Shown here: one piece after another, positions 1 through 10,239 of the stretch
How positions within the stretch are numbered: the first letter of the stretch is position 1
Layout: each line of letters opens with the position of its first letter
Assembly: GCA_046484975.1 (NCBI GenBank)
Contig: JAWOHX010000045.1
Coordinates: forward strand, 1 to 55,693
Direction: 5' to 3'
DNA: 55,693 nucleotides
Source of the DNA: Clostridia bacterium
GTDB lineage: Bacteria > Bacillota > Clostridia > DUPQ01
Notes under the pieces: generated by a model
Database searches by the model: none
Seen by the model: only the letters and a program-made list of their open reading frames with translations
What the model was told of the DNA's origin: nothing
Made by a program: the position numbers and the translations under genes

Positions 1-1
1 C

Positions 2-790
2 GATGCGTTCTACCGGCTCATCACCCTGAGCGATTTCTATTCCTTCCTCACCTACCTCAGCAGGGAGCGGAAAGCGGCCCCCCGCACAAGGGCCCGCAAG
101 GCGGCAACGGTGAAGTCCTTCTTCAAATACCTGCACACGAAGGCAAAGATCCTGGAGACCAATCCCGCACAGGAACTGGACAGCCCGAAAATCACCAGAA
201 CCCTCCCCCGCTATCTCAACAAGAATGAGAGCATCAAGCTTTTGTCCTCTGTCGAAGGAGAACACAGGGCAAGGGACCTTGCCATGCTGGTTTTGTTTCT
301 CAATTGCGGGTTCCGTGTCACGGAACTGGTGGGCATTGACATGAACCGCATCGACTGGGACAACCAGACCCTGCAGGTGCTCGGAAAAGGAAACAAGGAA
401 CGGGTGGTTTACCTGAACAAGGCTTGCATCCTTGCAATCCGGGCTTACATGGAGACAAGGCCGGCGGACGGGGTCATCGACAAAAACGCCCTTTTCCTGA
501 GTGAGCGTAAAACCAGGATCAGCCGGAAGACGGTGCACACCCTGGTGAAGAAACACCTGGCCAGGGCCGGGTTGGACAGCGACAGGTACTCCTCCCACAA
601 GTTGAGGCACACCGCCGCGACACTGATGTATCTCCACGGCAACGTGGACATCAAGACGCTCCAAACCATCCTGGGGCATGAAAGCATCTCCACCACGGAG
701 ATTTACACACACATCGACCGGCAGCAGCTGAGGGAAGCCGCGGACAACAACCCACTGGCGGATTTTCTGGACAGCAAGACAAAATCCTGA
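2..790 (+). CDS. Tyrosine recombinase, XerC/XerD family (5'-truncated by the window edge)
   Basis: Frame is open from position 2 (DAFYRLITLSDFYSFLTYL...RARKAATVKSFF). Catalytic motifs are GFRVTEL, GKGNKER, HKLRH, LGH and TEIY. Confidence 0.92.
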   Translation, partial: DAFYRLITLSDFYSFLTYLSRERKAAPRTRARKAATVKSFFKYLHTKAKILETNPAQELDSPKITRTLPRYLNKNESIKLLSSVEGEHRARDLAMLVLFLNCGFRVTELVGIDMNRIDWDNQTLQVLGKGNKERVVYLNKACILAIRAYMETRPADGVIDKNALFLSERKTRISRKTVHTLVKKHLARAGLDSDRYSSHKLRHTAATLMYLHGNVDIKTLQTILGHESISTTEIYTHIDRQQLREAADNNPLADFLDSKTKS

Positions 791-823
791 ACGAGGCCGG
801 AAAAGTCTTTTTCGCGGAAAGGC

Positions 824-852
824 TTTACATCACGCTGATAATTGATTATTAT
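824..852 (+). promoter_or_regulatory. Putative sigmaA promoter of the LCP gene
   Basis: TTTACA (824-829), 17-nt spacer, TATTAT (847-852). Confidence 0.5.
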
Positions 853-918
853 TTATGAGGAACCAAACGGACCATGTTCCAGTCTAATCCATGAGATATG
901 TTTGCACGGAGGAAACAA

Positions 919-1875
919 ATGGCTATAAAAAAATTCCTGGGAGTCTTCATACTGATTCTTTTCAGTTTTCTTTTCATTGCGGGTTTTTCAATCATCGCTG
1001 TCATCAACAATGCGGAAGCGCAGGCGCTTTTAGAACTCCAGAATCCGGATGACCCATCCCTGCTCCCCGGGGAGACCCAGAAACCAGGCTTGGATTTTTC
1101 GGAATATGTTGATGTTCTCAACCCCGTGAATTTCATTGTCATGGTACCCGACAATTTCAAGAATACAGACACCATGGTCCTTTTGAATTACGACCCGTTG
1201 AAAAAGACCATGAACGCCATGTTCCTCCCCAGGGACAGCTACATTCCCGAACACGAAGGCATCAAGATGAATGCTCTGTATAGCGTCTACGGGGAGCATA
1301 AGGCGAAGGACATCCTGTCCGAGCTTCTCAACACCAACATCAAGTACTATTTCATCCTGAACTATGATGTTGTGGAGAAGGTGTTCGACGAATTCGGCGG
1401 CATCACCTATACGATCCCCATCGATATGCATTATGATGATCCCGACCAGAACCTCCACATCCATTTCGACAAGGGCCAGACTCTTCATATGAGTGGGAAA
1501 AAGGCAATCGAGTACCTCAGGTACAGGAAACCAAACAACGGGGAATATGCCGAAGGACAGACTGGAACAGACCTGGAGCGGATTGAAAGGCAGAAGGTTT
1601 TCATCAAGGAATTCATCCGTCAGAAAACCAGTTTCTTTTATGTCAACAAGCTTAATGCTGTCATAAATGAGGTGTTCAGAAACCTGCAAACCAACATCGA
1701 TATCCAGACCGCCTTCAAGCTCATCACCTACATCCCGGATTTCGATATGGAATCCATCACCTGGCACAAGATGCCGGGTGAACTCAACCCTGATGATGAC
1801 ATTGGTGATTTTCTCCCGGATTATATCAAGGCCAGGGAACTGACCAGCCAGTATTTCAAGGATACCGCGGAATAA
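919..1875 (+). CDS. LCP (LytR-CpsA-Psr) family cell-wall polymer ligase
   Basis: N-terminal TM helix; motifs TDTM, LPRDSY, KMNALY, LRYRK and TDLERIERQK. GGAGG precedes ATG 919. Confidence 0.9.
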   Translation: MAIKKFLGVFILILFSFLFIAGFSIIAVINNAEAQALLELQNPDDPSLLPGETQKPGLDFSEYVDVLNPVNFIVMVPDNFKNTDTMVLLNYDPLKKTMNAMFLPRDSYIPEHEGIKMNALYSVYGEHKAKDILSELLNTNIKYYFILNYDVVEKVFDEFGGITYTIPIDMHYDDPDQNLHIHFDKGQTLHMSGKKAIEYLRYRKPNNGEYAEGQTGTDLERIERQKVFIKEFIRQKTSFFYVNKLNAVINEVFRNLQTNIDIQTAFKLITYIPDFDMESITWHKMPGELNPDDDIGDFLPDYIKARELTSQYFKDTAE

Positions 1876-1904
1876 AAAAAAGACCGGGCAACCGGTCTTT
1901 TTTT
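1875..1904. terminator. Bidirectional intrinsic terminator
   Basis: aaaaaaagaccgg-gcaa-ccggtcttttttt between convergent genes. Confidence 0.9.
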
Positions 1905-1908
1905 ATGT

Positions 1909-3330
1909 TCAGGAATTCTCGTAAAAAGCCTTGAAGGCCAGGTAGCACATGAAGACATCCACTTTGCTGGCGACCTCAAAAGGAGCATGCATGGACATGA
2001 GCGGTATGCCGATGTCCAGAACGTCAATCCCGAGGGCGGCGGCAAATTTTGAGATGGTCCCTCCCCCGCCTGCGTCCACCTTTCCAAGCTCGCCCACCTG
2101 CCATATGATGCCGTTGTCGTTGAGGATGCGGATGATCTTGTGCATCAGCTCGCAACTGGCGTCGCTGGCCCCGGATTTTCCCCTTGCGCCGGTGTATTTC
2201 TCAATGGCCACTCCGTTGCCAAGGTAAACCGAATTGTTTTTCTCAAAAACACTTTTATAATTCGGGTCATATGCCGCGTTCACGTCCCCCGACAACATGG
2301 TGGATTGGTTCAATACATCACGCACCTTGATGTTCTTGGGCTTTGTCTCAATCAACTCGATGAGAAGGGCCACGAAATATTCCAGGATATCCGACTGGGC
2401 ACCGGTGTTGCCAAAGCTCCCTATTTCCTCCTTGTCGGCCAGATAGCATAAAGTGGTGTTGGAGCATATGCCTGCGTTTAAAAAGGCTTGCAGCCCCGCG
2501 TATGAGCATACACGGTCATCCTGCCCGTAAGCACCGATCATGCTCATGTCCATTCCCACGTTCCGGGCCTTGAAAGCCGGGACCACTTCCAGCTCGGCAG
2601 TCATGAAGTCCTCCTCCAGCATGCCATACTTCGTATACAAATGGTTGAGGATGCTGAGCTTGACTTTCTGGGAAATGTCCTCCTCTGAAAATGGCATGGA
2701 GCCGATGAGGACGTTCAGGGATTCCCCGGGAAAAGCTTCCCCCAGTTTCTTGTTGCTTTGCTCCGATGCAAGATGCGGGAGAAGGTCGGTGATGACAAAA
2801 ACAGGATCCCCGTCATCCTCACCGATATTGATGTTGATCTTCTCCCCGTTTTTCTTGATGACGATCCCGTGGAGGGACAAAGGGATGGAGACCCACTGGT
2901 ATTTTCTGATTCCGCCGTAATAGTGGGTTTTCAGATAGGCAAGCTCGCTGTCTTCATACAGGGGAAGAGGCTTCAGGTCCAACCTTGGGCAGTCCACGTG
3001 GGCACCCACCATGTTGATGCCGTTCTTCAGGCTGTTTTTTCCGATGACGGCCATCAGGACCGTCTTTTCGTTCCTGCTCATGTAGACCTTGTCCCCGGCA
3101 TAGAGTTTCTGACCCGTGTCGTATGCGTTCTTGAGTGAAATGAAACCGTTGTCCTCGAGCAGGGAGATGGTGGTGCGGATGAATTCCCGTTCGGTCTTGG
3201 CGGAATCCATGAAGGACATGTATTTTTCCGAAAAATCGGAAATCTCGTGGATCCTGTCATCCGTCATGCCTTCCCAGGCATTGGTCCTCTTGTAGAAAAG
3301 TTTTTCCTTGATTTTGGATGCCTCTGTCAT
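1909..3330 (-). CDS. M18 family aminopeptidase
   Basis: AKTERE, GAHVDCPRLDLKP, HYYGGIRKYQW, GQDDR, DKEEIGS and SMHAPFE. Start chosen at MTEASK after a GGAG RBS. Confidence 0.92.
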   Translation of the reverse strand: MTEASKIKEKLFYKRTNAWEGMTDDRIHEISDFSEKYMSFMDSAKTEREFIRTTISLLEDNGFISLKNAYDTGQKLYAGDKVYMSRNEKTVLMAVIGKNSLKNGINMVGAHVDCPRLDLKPLPLYEDSELAYLKTHYYGGIRKYQWVSIPLSLHGIVIKKNGEKININIGEDDGDPVFVITDLLPHLASEQSNKKLGEAFPGESLNVLIGSMPFSEEDISQKVKLSILNHLYTKYGMLEEDFMTAELEVVPAFKARNVGMDMSMIGAYGQDDRVCSYAGLQAFLNAGICSNTTLCYLADKEEIGSFGNTGAQSDILEYFVALLIELIETKPKNIKVRDVLNQSTMLSGDVNAAYDPNYKSVFEKNNSVYLGNGVAIEKYTGARGKSGASDASCELMHKIIRILNDNGIIWQVGELGKVDAGGGGTISKFAAALGIDVLDIGIPLMSMHAPFEVASKVDVFMCYLAFKAFYENS

Positions 3331-3340
3331 GTTTTTTCTC

Positions 3341-4375
3341 CTATCCTTGGTTTGTTGACTGATCGATGATACCTCCGCCCACGACACGGGAACCGGTGTA
3401 GAGCACAACGGATTGCCCGGGGGTGACGGCACGCTGGTTTTCTTCAAAAAACATCCGCATCCCTTCCCCGTCGGGATGAACGGTCACCTTGTCCTTGGCG
3501 GTCCCATATCTAATTTTAGCATATAGTTGGGTGTCAGGAGGAATAAATTCATGGATGAGGCTGATATTTTTGATCATGAGTTCCCTGGTCATGAGGGTGT
3601 CGTCGCCTGAGAGAACAATCTCCCCGGATTCACGCCTGATCTCCTTGACGAAAACACGTTTTCCCAGTGAAATGCCAAGACCCTTCCTTTGGCCGATGGT
3701 ATAATGGATGAGGCCCCTGTGGGGGCCAAGGACATTTCCATTTTCATCGATGAAATTCCCCAGCCTGTTGTTTGCACCCAGGGAAAGGAGAAAATCCCTG
3801 TAATCACCCCGGATGAAACAGATTTCCTGGCTTTCCTTGCTTTGTGCAGGAAGCAGGCGCCGGTCATCGCAAATTCTGCGGGCCGTAACCTTGTCCAGGT
3901 CTCCCAGGGGAAAGAGGATGCGGGGCAACTGCGGCTCTTTCAGGACATAGAGAAAATAGGTCTGGTCCTTGGATGCGTCCTTGGCCTCCCCAAGAAAAAA
4001 CACACCGTTGTCCTGGCTGATCCGGGCATAATGTCCCGTGGCAACGGCGTCATAACCGCTTTTTTCAGCATATTCATAGATGTGCCCGAATTTGATGGTA
4101 CGGTTGCATTGGATGCAGGGATTGGGTGTCCTGCCATGCTCATATTCACTTTTGAAATATTCGATGACGTGATGCTTGAAAACATCAGTGGTATCCATTG
4201 CCACATGTGGTATTTTCAGCGCAGCACAGATGTCTTTTGCCTTCTGGACTGCATTTCCGTCAGTCCCCCTGTTGAAAAAGGTCATTCCGGTCACATCATG
4301 GCCCTGTTCAAGCAGAATGACTGCGGAAGCCGTGCTGTCGATGCCGCCGCTCATGGCCATCAGGACTTTCTTCAT
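3341..4375 (-). CDS. mnmA: tRNA 2-thiouridylase MnmA
   Basis: SGGIDS PP-loop, TPNPCIQCN, ATGHYA, KDQTYFL, ESQEICF, YTIGQRKGLG and TPGQ. Confidence 0.95.
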   Translation of the reverse strand: MKKVLMAMSGGIDSTASAVILLEQGHDVTGMTFFNRGTDGNAVQKAKDICAALKIPHVAMDTTDVFKHHVIEYFKSEYEHGRTPNPCIQCNRTIKFGHIYEYAEKSGYDAVATGHYARISQDNGVFFLGEAKDASKDQTYFLYVLKEPQLPRILFPLGDLDKVTARRICDDRRLLPAQSKESQEICFIRGDYRDFLLSLGANNRLGNFIDENGNVLGPHRGLIHYTIGQRKGLGISLGKRVFVKEIRRESGEIVLSGDDTLMTRELMIKNISLIHEFIPPDTQLYAKIRYGTAKDKVTVHPDGEGMRMFFEENQRAVTPGQSVVLYTGSRVVGGGIIDQSTNQG

Positions 4376-4378
4376 GGG

Positions 4379-4792
4379 TCAGTTCCGGCAGCAGGAATTG
4401 CATTTGGTGGTGGCTTTTGTGTCGTCTCCCTGCTTGTTCCTGTAATTGAAGATGGCTGCCTTGATGGCTTCCTCCGCAAGCACTGAACAATGGATTTTTG
4501 CCGGTGGAAGTCCTTCCAGGGTCTCCACGATGGCCTTGTTTGTGAGTTTCAGCGCTTCGTCGACGGACTTGCCTTTCACCATCTCGGTGGCAATGCTGCT
4601 TGTGGCAATGGCGGCGCCGCATCCGAAGGTTTTGAAGGATACATCCTGGATGATGTCGTTTTCGATGCGCATGTAGATCTTCATGATGTCGCCGCACTTG
4701 GCGTTGCCGACTTCCCCGACAGCATTTGCGTTTTCAATCTCCCCCACGTTCCTGGGGTTGTTGAAGTGGTCCATGACTTTGTTGGTATACAT
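4379..4792 (-). CDS. iscU: Fe-S cluster scaffold IscU/NifU
   Basis: DHFNNPRNVG, CGDIM, FKTFGCGAAIA and KIHCSVLAEEA. Confidence 0.95.
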   Translation of the reverse strand: MYTNKVMDHFNNPRNVGEIENANAVGEVGNAKCGDIMKIYMRIENDIIQDVSFKTFGCGAAIATSSIATEMVKGKSVDEALKLTNKAIVETLEGLPPAKIHCSVLAEEAIKAAIFNYRNKQGDDTKATTKCNSCCRN

Positions 4793-4795
4793 ATG

Positions 4796-5983
4796 TTAAT
4801 CACTCCTGTTTCTTTTCAGATGGTCTTCGTACAACGGGGACATGTCCCGGAGTTTTTCCACCGAAGAGGCGATGGCGTCCACGATTGTTCCTATCTCCCC
4901 CATGTGGTTGTCCAGTCCGAAGCTAACCCGCAGGGAACCGTGGGCCACCTCGTGGGTAAGGCCGAGGGCCAGAAGGACATGGGAAGGTTCCAGTGACCCC
5001 GAGGTGCAGGCGGAACCGCTGGAGGCCATGATCCCGAGATGGTCCAGAAGCAGCAGCAGGGACTCCCCTTCCACGAACTCAAACGCAAAGTTTGCATTCC
5101 CCGGAAGTCTAAGGTCCCTGTCCCCGTTGTATATCGTGAAAGGAATTCGTCCAAGCACCCTGTCCACCAGCTCGTCCCGGAGTTTCTTCAGGTGGGTGTT
5201 GTTCCGATCCATATTTTTATTTGCTTTTTCTAGGGCATGGGACAAGCCTACAATGCCGGGCACATTCTCCGTTGATGCCCTTCTTGTCTTCTCCTGTCCC
5301 CCGCCGTGGAAAAGACTGTCCATTTTCGTGCCTTTTCTGACATAGAGCACTCCCGTCCCTTTCGGGCCGTAGAACTTATGGGCGGAAAGGGAGAGCATGT
5401 CAACCTGTAGTTTTTTGACGTCGATGGGAAGGGTTCCTGCCGTCTGCACCGCGTCCGTGTGGAAAATGATGTTTCGTTCCCTGGCAATCCCGCCGATATC
5501 CTGGATGGGCTGGATGGTGCCGATCTCATTGTTGGCGGCCATCACCGTGATAAGGATGGTTTCCCTGCCAATGGCCTTTTGGATGTCTGAAGGGTCCACG
5601 ATGCCGTTTTTCCCCACTGGCACATATGTGACCGTGAAACCGTTCTTCTCCAGGTGCCTGCAGGTGTCGTATACGGCATGGTGCTCGATGTTGGTGGTGA
5701 CGATATGCCTGCCCTTGTCCTTGTTGGCATAGGCCACCCCTTTGATGGCCCAGTTGTCAGACTCCGTACCCCCGGAGGTGAAGAAAACCTCACTGTCCCT
5801 GCTGTTGATCAGGGCCGCAACCTGATCCCTGGCCTGTTCCACTGCATTCTTTGCGGTCCTTCCCAACCTGTAGATGGAGGAAGGGTTGCCGTAATGATCC
5901 GTGAACCAGGGCATCATCTTTTCAAAGACTTCCCTGTCCAGGGGTGTGGTTGCCGCATGATCCAGATAAATTGTTTTTTCCAT
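4796..5983 (-). CDS. iscS: Cysteine desulfurase IscS/NifS
   Basis: YLDHAATT, GNPSS, FTSGGTESDN, SAHKFYGPKG and SSGSACTS. GGAGTG RBS precedes ATG 5983. Confidence 0.95.
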   Translation of the reverse strand: MEKTIYLDHAATTPLDREVFEKMMPWFTDHYGNPSSIYRLGRTAKNAVEQARDQVAALINSRDSEVFFTSGGTESDNWAIKGVAYANKDKGRHIVTTNIEHHAVYDTCRHLEKNGFTVTYVPVGKNGIVDPSDIQKAIGRETILITVMAANNEIGTIQPIQDIGGIARERNIIFHTDAVQTAGTLPIDVKKLQVDMLSLSAHKFYGPKGTGVLYVRKGTKMDSLFHGGGQEKTRRASTENVPGIVGLSHALEKANKNMDRNNTHLKKLRDELVDRVLGRIPFTIYNGDRDLRLPGNANFAFEFVEGESLLLLLDHLGIMASSGSACTSGSLEPSHVLLALGLTHEVAHGSLRVSFGLDNHMGEIGTIVDAIASSVEKLRDMSPLYEDHLKRNRSD

Positions 5984-6034
5984 ACATATCACTCCAAATA
6001 GAATATACCCTTGGCAGGGATTGCGTAACGACAC

Positions 6035-6241
6035 TCATTCGCCGGTCTTGTCATCATCCCCGCCGCTCCCGGATTTCCTGTATGCGAACAGGTAATACAG
6101 GATGACAAAGGCATACGCGGCCAGGGAGTACTCCAGATAAAACTGGAAGATGGTGACGTTAAGGATCAACAGGACGAACAGGACCAGGAGCACGATGGAA
6201 AAAACCCTTTTTTTCAGATTTGCTTTCTTTCCTTCATCCAT
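6035..6241 (-). CDS. Small two-TM membrane protein of unknown function
   Basis: 68 aa with two hydrophobic helices. Fills the gap between rarA and iscS and overlaps the rarA 3' end. Confidence 0.6.
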   Translation of the reverse strand: MDEGKKANLKKRVFSIVLLVLFVLLILNVTIFQFYLEYSLAAYAFVILYYLFAYRKSGSGGDDDKTGE

Positions 6242-7497
6242 TCCCTTATTTTCCTTTCATATCCGTTTTCCGTGGGTTTGTAGTACTGCCTGTCCTTGAC
6301 CTCGTCAGGCAGAAACTGCATCTGCACGTAATTGTTCTCATAATCATGGGCATACAGGTATCCTTTGGAATATCCCAGCTCCTTCATGCCCTTGGCGGGA
6401 GCATTCCGGAGCCACATGGGCACTTCCCCGGTGTTGAGGTGCTCCACGTCCCCCAATGCGTTTTCCAAAGCGACGTAGGAAGCGTTGGATTTGGGGCTCA
6501 CCGCCACATATGCGCAGGCTTGTGCCAGCAGAATCCGTGCCTCAGGCATGCCGATCATCCGGATTGCCTCTGCGCAGGACTGGGCCACCACCAGGGCGTC
6601 GGGATTGGCAAGCCCCACATCCTCCGCTGCGCAGATGACGATGCGCCTGGCAAGGAAATTGATGTCCTCCCCGGCATAGATGGCCCTGGCCAGATAAAAA
6701 AGTGCCCCATCCGGGGAGCTTCCCCTCATGGATTTGATCATGGCGCTGATGTTGTCATAATGTGCTTCCCCGGACTTGTCAAAACGAAGTGACTTCTTCT
6801 GGATGCAGTTTTCCATTGTCCTGAGGTCCAACACGATCTTTCCGTCCTTGTCCAGCGAAGTGGTGAGGACCCCCAGCTCCAGCGCATTCAAAGCAATCCT
6901 GGCGTCACCGGAGCTGCCCCGGGCAATGAAGCCAAGGGTCTCGTCGTCGATGTCGATGTCATGGTTGCCGTAGCCCGCCTCCTTGTCCGCCAGTGCATTC
7001 CTCAGGATTGTCAGGATATGGGACTCGTCCAGGGGCTCAAGCATGAAGACCGTGGATCTTGAGATGAGTGATTTGATCACCTCGAAAAAAGGATTTTCAG
7101 TCGTCGCGCCGATGAGGACAATGGTTCCGTCCTCCACCGAGGGCAGCAATGCGTCCTGCTGGGATTTGTTGAAGCGGTGGATCTCATCGATGAACAGGAC
7201 GGTTTTGCCTGCGGGATTCCGGAGACTCTGCCTTGCTTCCCCAATGACCGCCTTGATGTCCGCAACACCCGATGTCACTGCATTGAGGCTCTTGAAATCG
7301 GATTTCGTGGTGTTGGCGATGATGCGGGCCAGGGAGGTCTTGCCTGTTCCAGGCGGGCCGTAGAGGATGATGGAACGGATCCTGTCCGCCTCAATCATCC
7401 TCCGCAGCAGCATGTCCCTGCCCAGCAGATGCTCCTGACCGACGAAATCGTCCAGGGTGCGCGGTGACATTCTGTAGGCAAGAGGTTTTTTGTCCAT
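6214..7497 (-). CDS. rarA: Replication-associated recombination protein A (AAA+ ATPase)
   Basis: PLAYRMSPRTL, GPPGTGKTS, FIDEIHRFNKSQQD, GATTENP, SAMIKSMRGS and EDVGLA. Confidence 0.95.
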   Translation of the reverse strand: MDKKPLAYRMSPRTLDDFVGQEHLLGRDMLLRRMIEADRIRSIILYGPPGTGKTSLARIIANTTKSDFKSLNAVTSGVADIKAVIGEARQSLRNPAGKTVLFIDEIHRFNKSQQDALLPSVEDGTIVLIGATTENPFFEVIKSLISRSTVFMLEPLDESHILTILRNALADKEAGYGNHDIDIDDETLGFIARGSSGDARIALNALELGVLTTSLDKDGKIVLDLRTMENCIQKKSLRFDKSGEAHYDNISAMIKSMRGSSPDGALFYLARAIYAGEDINFLARRIVICAAEDVGLANPDALVVAQSCAEAIRMIGMPEARILLAQACAYVAVSPKSNASYVALENALGDVEHLNTGEVPMWLRNAPAKGMKELGYSKGYLYAHDYENNYVQMQFLPDEVKDRQYYKPTENGYERKIREWMKERKQI

Positions 7498-7498
7498 T

Positions 7499-8743
7499 TC
7501 ACTGCTCCCGGTATAAAATGTACTTTTGGGTCAGGTCCAAAACCCTTTTCCTTGCATTCTCCTTTTCGCCCGGAAAGTCCTTCAGGGTCAGGGCGATGAT
7601 ATCAGCAATTTCTTCCATTTCCTTTACGCCCATGTTTCTTGATGTGACAGCGGGGGTACCCAGGCGGATTCCGCTGGTGACCATGGGGTTCTGGGTGTCA
7701 AATGGCAGGACGTTCTTATTGCAGGTGATGTGGACTTCATCCAGCATGCGTTCCGCATCCTTCCCGGTGACGCCGATATTCCTCAGGTCTGCAACCATCA
7801 GGTGGTTGTCCGTGCCCCCCGACACCAGGTCGAAGCCGTTCCACAGGAGCCGGTGGCTCAAGGCTTTTGCATTTTCAAGGATTTTCTTCTGGTAAAGGAT
7901 AAAATCCCCACTCAGTGCTTCCTTGAAGCTCACGGCTTTGGCAGCGATGACATGCATCAGCGGGCCTCCCTGGATTCCGGGGAAAACGGCGCTGTCGATG
8001 GATCGGGCATGCTTCTTTTTGCACAGGATCATTCCACCGCGGGGACCCCTCATGGTCTTGTGGGTGGTCGTGGTGACAAAATCGGCATACGGGACGGGAC
8101 TGGGATGGACCCCGGCAGCCACCAGGCCGGCGATATGGGCGATATCAGCCATGAGGTAGGCGCCGCATTCCCCTGCAATTTCTGAGAATGCTTTGAAATC
8201 GATGATCCGGGAATAGGCGCTTGCGCCTGCGATGATCAATTTGGGCCGGTGCTTCATGGCCAGGTCCCTGGCCTGGTCATAATCGATGGTGGCATCGGAT
8301 TCTTTGACACCATAGGATACGACATTATAGTATTTCCCGGAGATGCTTTTGGCCATGCCATGGGATAGATGGCCCCCGCAGGACAGGTCCATCCCCATGA
8401 TGGTATCATGAGGCTGGAGCACGGAAAAAAAGACCGCCATGTTGGCGCTGACACCTGAGTGAGGCTGGACATTGGCATGCTCAGCGGAAAAAAGCTTCTT
8501 CGCCCGCTCGATGGCAAAGGTCTCCACCTCATCCACATACTCGCATCCCCCGTAGTAGCGCTTGCCGGGGTACCCCTCGGCATATTTGTTTGTCAATGGT
8601 GTGCCCAGGGCATCAAGGACAGCCTCACTGACGAAATTCTCGCTGGCAATGAGCTCGATGTTGTCCCGTTGGCGCTGTACTTCCTTTTCGATTGACCGGG
8701 CCACCTCAGGGTCTGTCTGCATGATCTTGTCTAGTCTGTACAT
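7499..8743 (-). CDS. glyA: Serine hydroxymethyltransferase
   Basis: [38 protein letters not shown] and SGIRLGT. Confidence 0.97.
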   Translation of the reverse strand: MYRLDKIMQTDPEVARSIEKEVQRQRDNIELIASENFVSEAVLDALGTPLTNKYAEGYPGKRYYGGCEYVDEVETFAIERAKKLFSAEHANVQPHSGVSANMAVFFSVLQPHDTIMGMDLSCGGHLSHGMAKSISGKYYNVVSYGVKESDATIDYDQARDLAMKHRPKLIIAGASAYSRIIDFKAFSEIAGECGAYLMADIAHIAGLVAAGVHPSPVPYADFVTTTTHKTMRGPRGGMILCKKKHARSIDSAVFPGIQGGPLMHVIAAKAVSFKEALSGDFILYQKKILENAKALSHRLLWNGFDLVSGGTDNHLMVADLRNIGVTGKDAERMLDEVHITCNKNVLPFDTQNPMVTSGIRLGTPAVTSRNMGVKEMEEIADIIALTLKDFPGEKENARKRVLDLTQKYILYREQ

Positions 8744-9504
8744 GGCTCATCTCCTTTTCTCATGAATCTATGCATCTCTTTTTGAATCTCCGGAATTTCC
8801 CGGGCGAGCATCTCCCCTTCTTCCTCGGACAGGCCCCGTTCCATGAGCATGTCAGGTCTGGCAAGGTATGTGGTGACCAGGCTTTGGAGATGACGGAACC
8901 TCTCGATTTCCCTGTGGTTGCCTGAAAGCAGGATCTCCGGGACCTGGCATTCGTTGAATGTCTCCGGACGGGTATACTGGGGATGCTCCAGAAGACCGGA
9001 GTAATGGGATTCACCTGTAACGGCCTCCTCGCTTGCAAGGACGCCTGGAAGAACCCTCACGATGGCATCCGTCAGGACCATGGCCGGGAGTTCCCCTCCT
9101 GTGAGCACATAGTCCCCGATGGAGATCTCCTCGTCCACGATGGCGTCCAGCGCCCTCTGGTCGATACCCTCGTAATGGCCGCAAAGCATGGTCAGGTTCT
9201 CATGGCGGGAAAGGTCCAGGACTTTCTTCTGGGTGAGCCTCTCCCCTTTTGCGGAAAGGTAGATGCAATGCTGCCCTTTTTCCAGGCTTTCAAAGGCGGA
9301 AAGCACCGGTTGGCAGGTCATGATCATGCCGCAGCCTCCCCCGTAGGGATAATCGTCCACCTTCTTGTGCTTGTTCTTGGAAAAATCTCTGATGTCAAGG
9401 CAGGTGAGTTCAATGAGCCCGTGGTCCACCGCCTTTTTAATCATGCTGGTGTTCAGCATCCCGAACATGTCCGGGAACAGGGTCAGGTAATTGAACCTAG
9501 TCAT
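8731..9504 (-). CDS. trmD: tRNA (guanine37-N1)-methyltransferase
   Basis: [32 protein letters not shown] and PQYTRP. Confidence 0.96.
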   Translation of the reverse strand: MTRFNYLTLFPDMFGMLNTSMIKKAVDHGLIELTCLDIRDFSKNKHKKVDDYPYGGGCGMIMTCQPVLSAFESLEKGQHCIYLSAKGERLTQKKVLDLSRHENLTMLCGHYEGIDQRALDAIVDEEISIGDYVLTGGELPAMVLTDAIVRVLPGVLASEEAVTGESHYSGLLEHPQYTRPETFNECQVPEILLSGNHREIERFRHLQSLVTTYLARPDMLMERGLSEEEGEMLAREIPEIQKEMHRFMRKGDEPCTD

Positions 9505-9994
9505 TTTCAGACAATCCTTTCAGCGGACAGACGTCGATCCTTCTGCCGGCTATGTCGACAAAACGGATGTATTCCCTCATGGCGGGAACCAGGATTTCCT
9601 TGTCCTTGCCCATGACATGGTAGACATCATTGCTTCCTGTGACGATGACATTTTCCACCCTGCCGATGAAAACGCCTTCCTCGTATACCTCACATCCGAT
9701 GATGTCCTCGATATAGTAGGTGTCTTCTTTCAGGGGCGCTGCGTTTTCCCTTGATATGGACAGGAACCTGCCTTTGAGTAATTCCGATTTTTCCCGGGTG
9801 TCTATTCCTTTGAATTTCATGATGATCCTGTCTTTCGAAGGCTTCATCCACTCTACAAGAAGACACTGTTCCCCCATATGGAAAAACTCCTGTCTCTTCA
9901 GGTTGTCCAGGTCATCGGTGATTGGGAGGACTTTGACCGCCCCCTGAAGGCCATGGACATCCGTAATCCTGCCGATCTCGAAAAATTGCTTCAT
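9497..9994 (-). CDS. rimM: 16S rRNA processing protein RimM
   Basis: IGRITDVHGLQG, YYIEDIIG, GSNDVY and LVP. Lies between khpA and trmD. Confidence 0.93.
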   Translation of the reverse strand: MKQFFEIGRITDVHGLQGAVKVLPITDDLDNLKRQEFFHMGEQCLLVEWMKPSKDRIIMKFKGIDTREKSELLKGRFLSISRENAAPLKEDTYYIEDIIGCEVYEEGVFIGRVENVIVTGSNDVYHVMGKDKEILVPAMREYIRFVDIAGRRIDVCPLKGLSEND

Positions 9995-9996
9995 CT

Positions 9997-10227
9997 TCAA
10001 ATTATTTCCACATTCACCTTCGTGTTCGTCTTTATGGCCGAAGCCTTGATCAGGGTGCGGAGAGACTTCGCGATTCTGCCGTTCCTTCCGATGACCTTGC
10101 CCATGTCTTCCTGCGCCACCTTGAGTTCAAGGGTGATGCTGCCGTCCTCCTCGGATTTTTCATGGACAAACACCTCGTCGGGGTTGTCCACAAGGGCCTT
10201 GGCGACCATTTCAAGCAAGTCTTTCAT
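9997..10227 (-). CDS. khpA: KH-domain RNA-binding protein KhpA (YlqC)
   Basis: LVDNPDEV and DMGKVIGRNGRIA. Canonical position after rpsP. Confidence 0.93.
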   Translation of the reverse strand: MKDLLEMVAKALVDNPDEVFVHEKSEEDGSITLELKVAQEDMGKVIGRNGRIAKSLRTLIKASAIKTNTKVNVEII

Positions 10228-10239
10228 TATGTGCCTCCA

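Noticed and set aside
2-790. Tyrosine recombinase as the integrase of a mobile element
   Set aside because: It resembles housekeeping XerC/D. Its neighbours are core genes, and no att repeat, cargo or dif-like site is visible. The upstream context is outside the window.
836-846. TGATAATTGAT shared with 43175-43165 (minus strand) as a Fur-like operator
   Set aside because: Neither copy forms a proper 7-1-7 inverted repeat, and an 11-mer match between AT-rich promoters can be chance.
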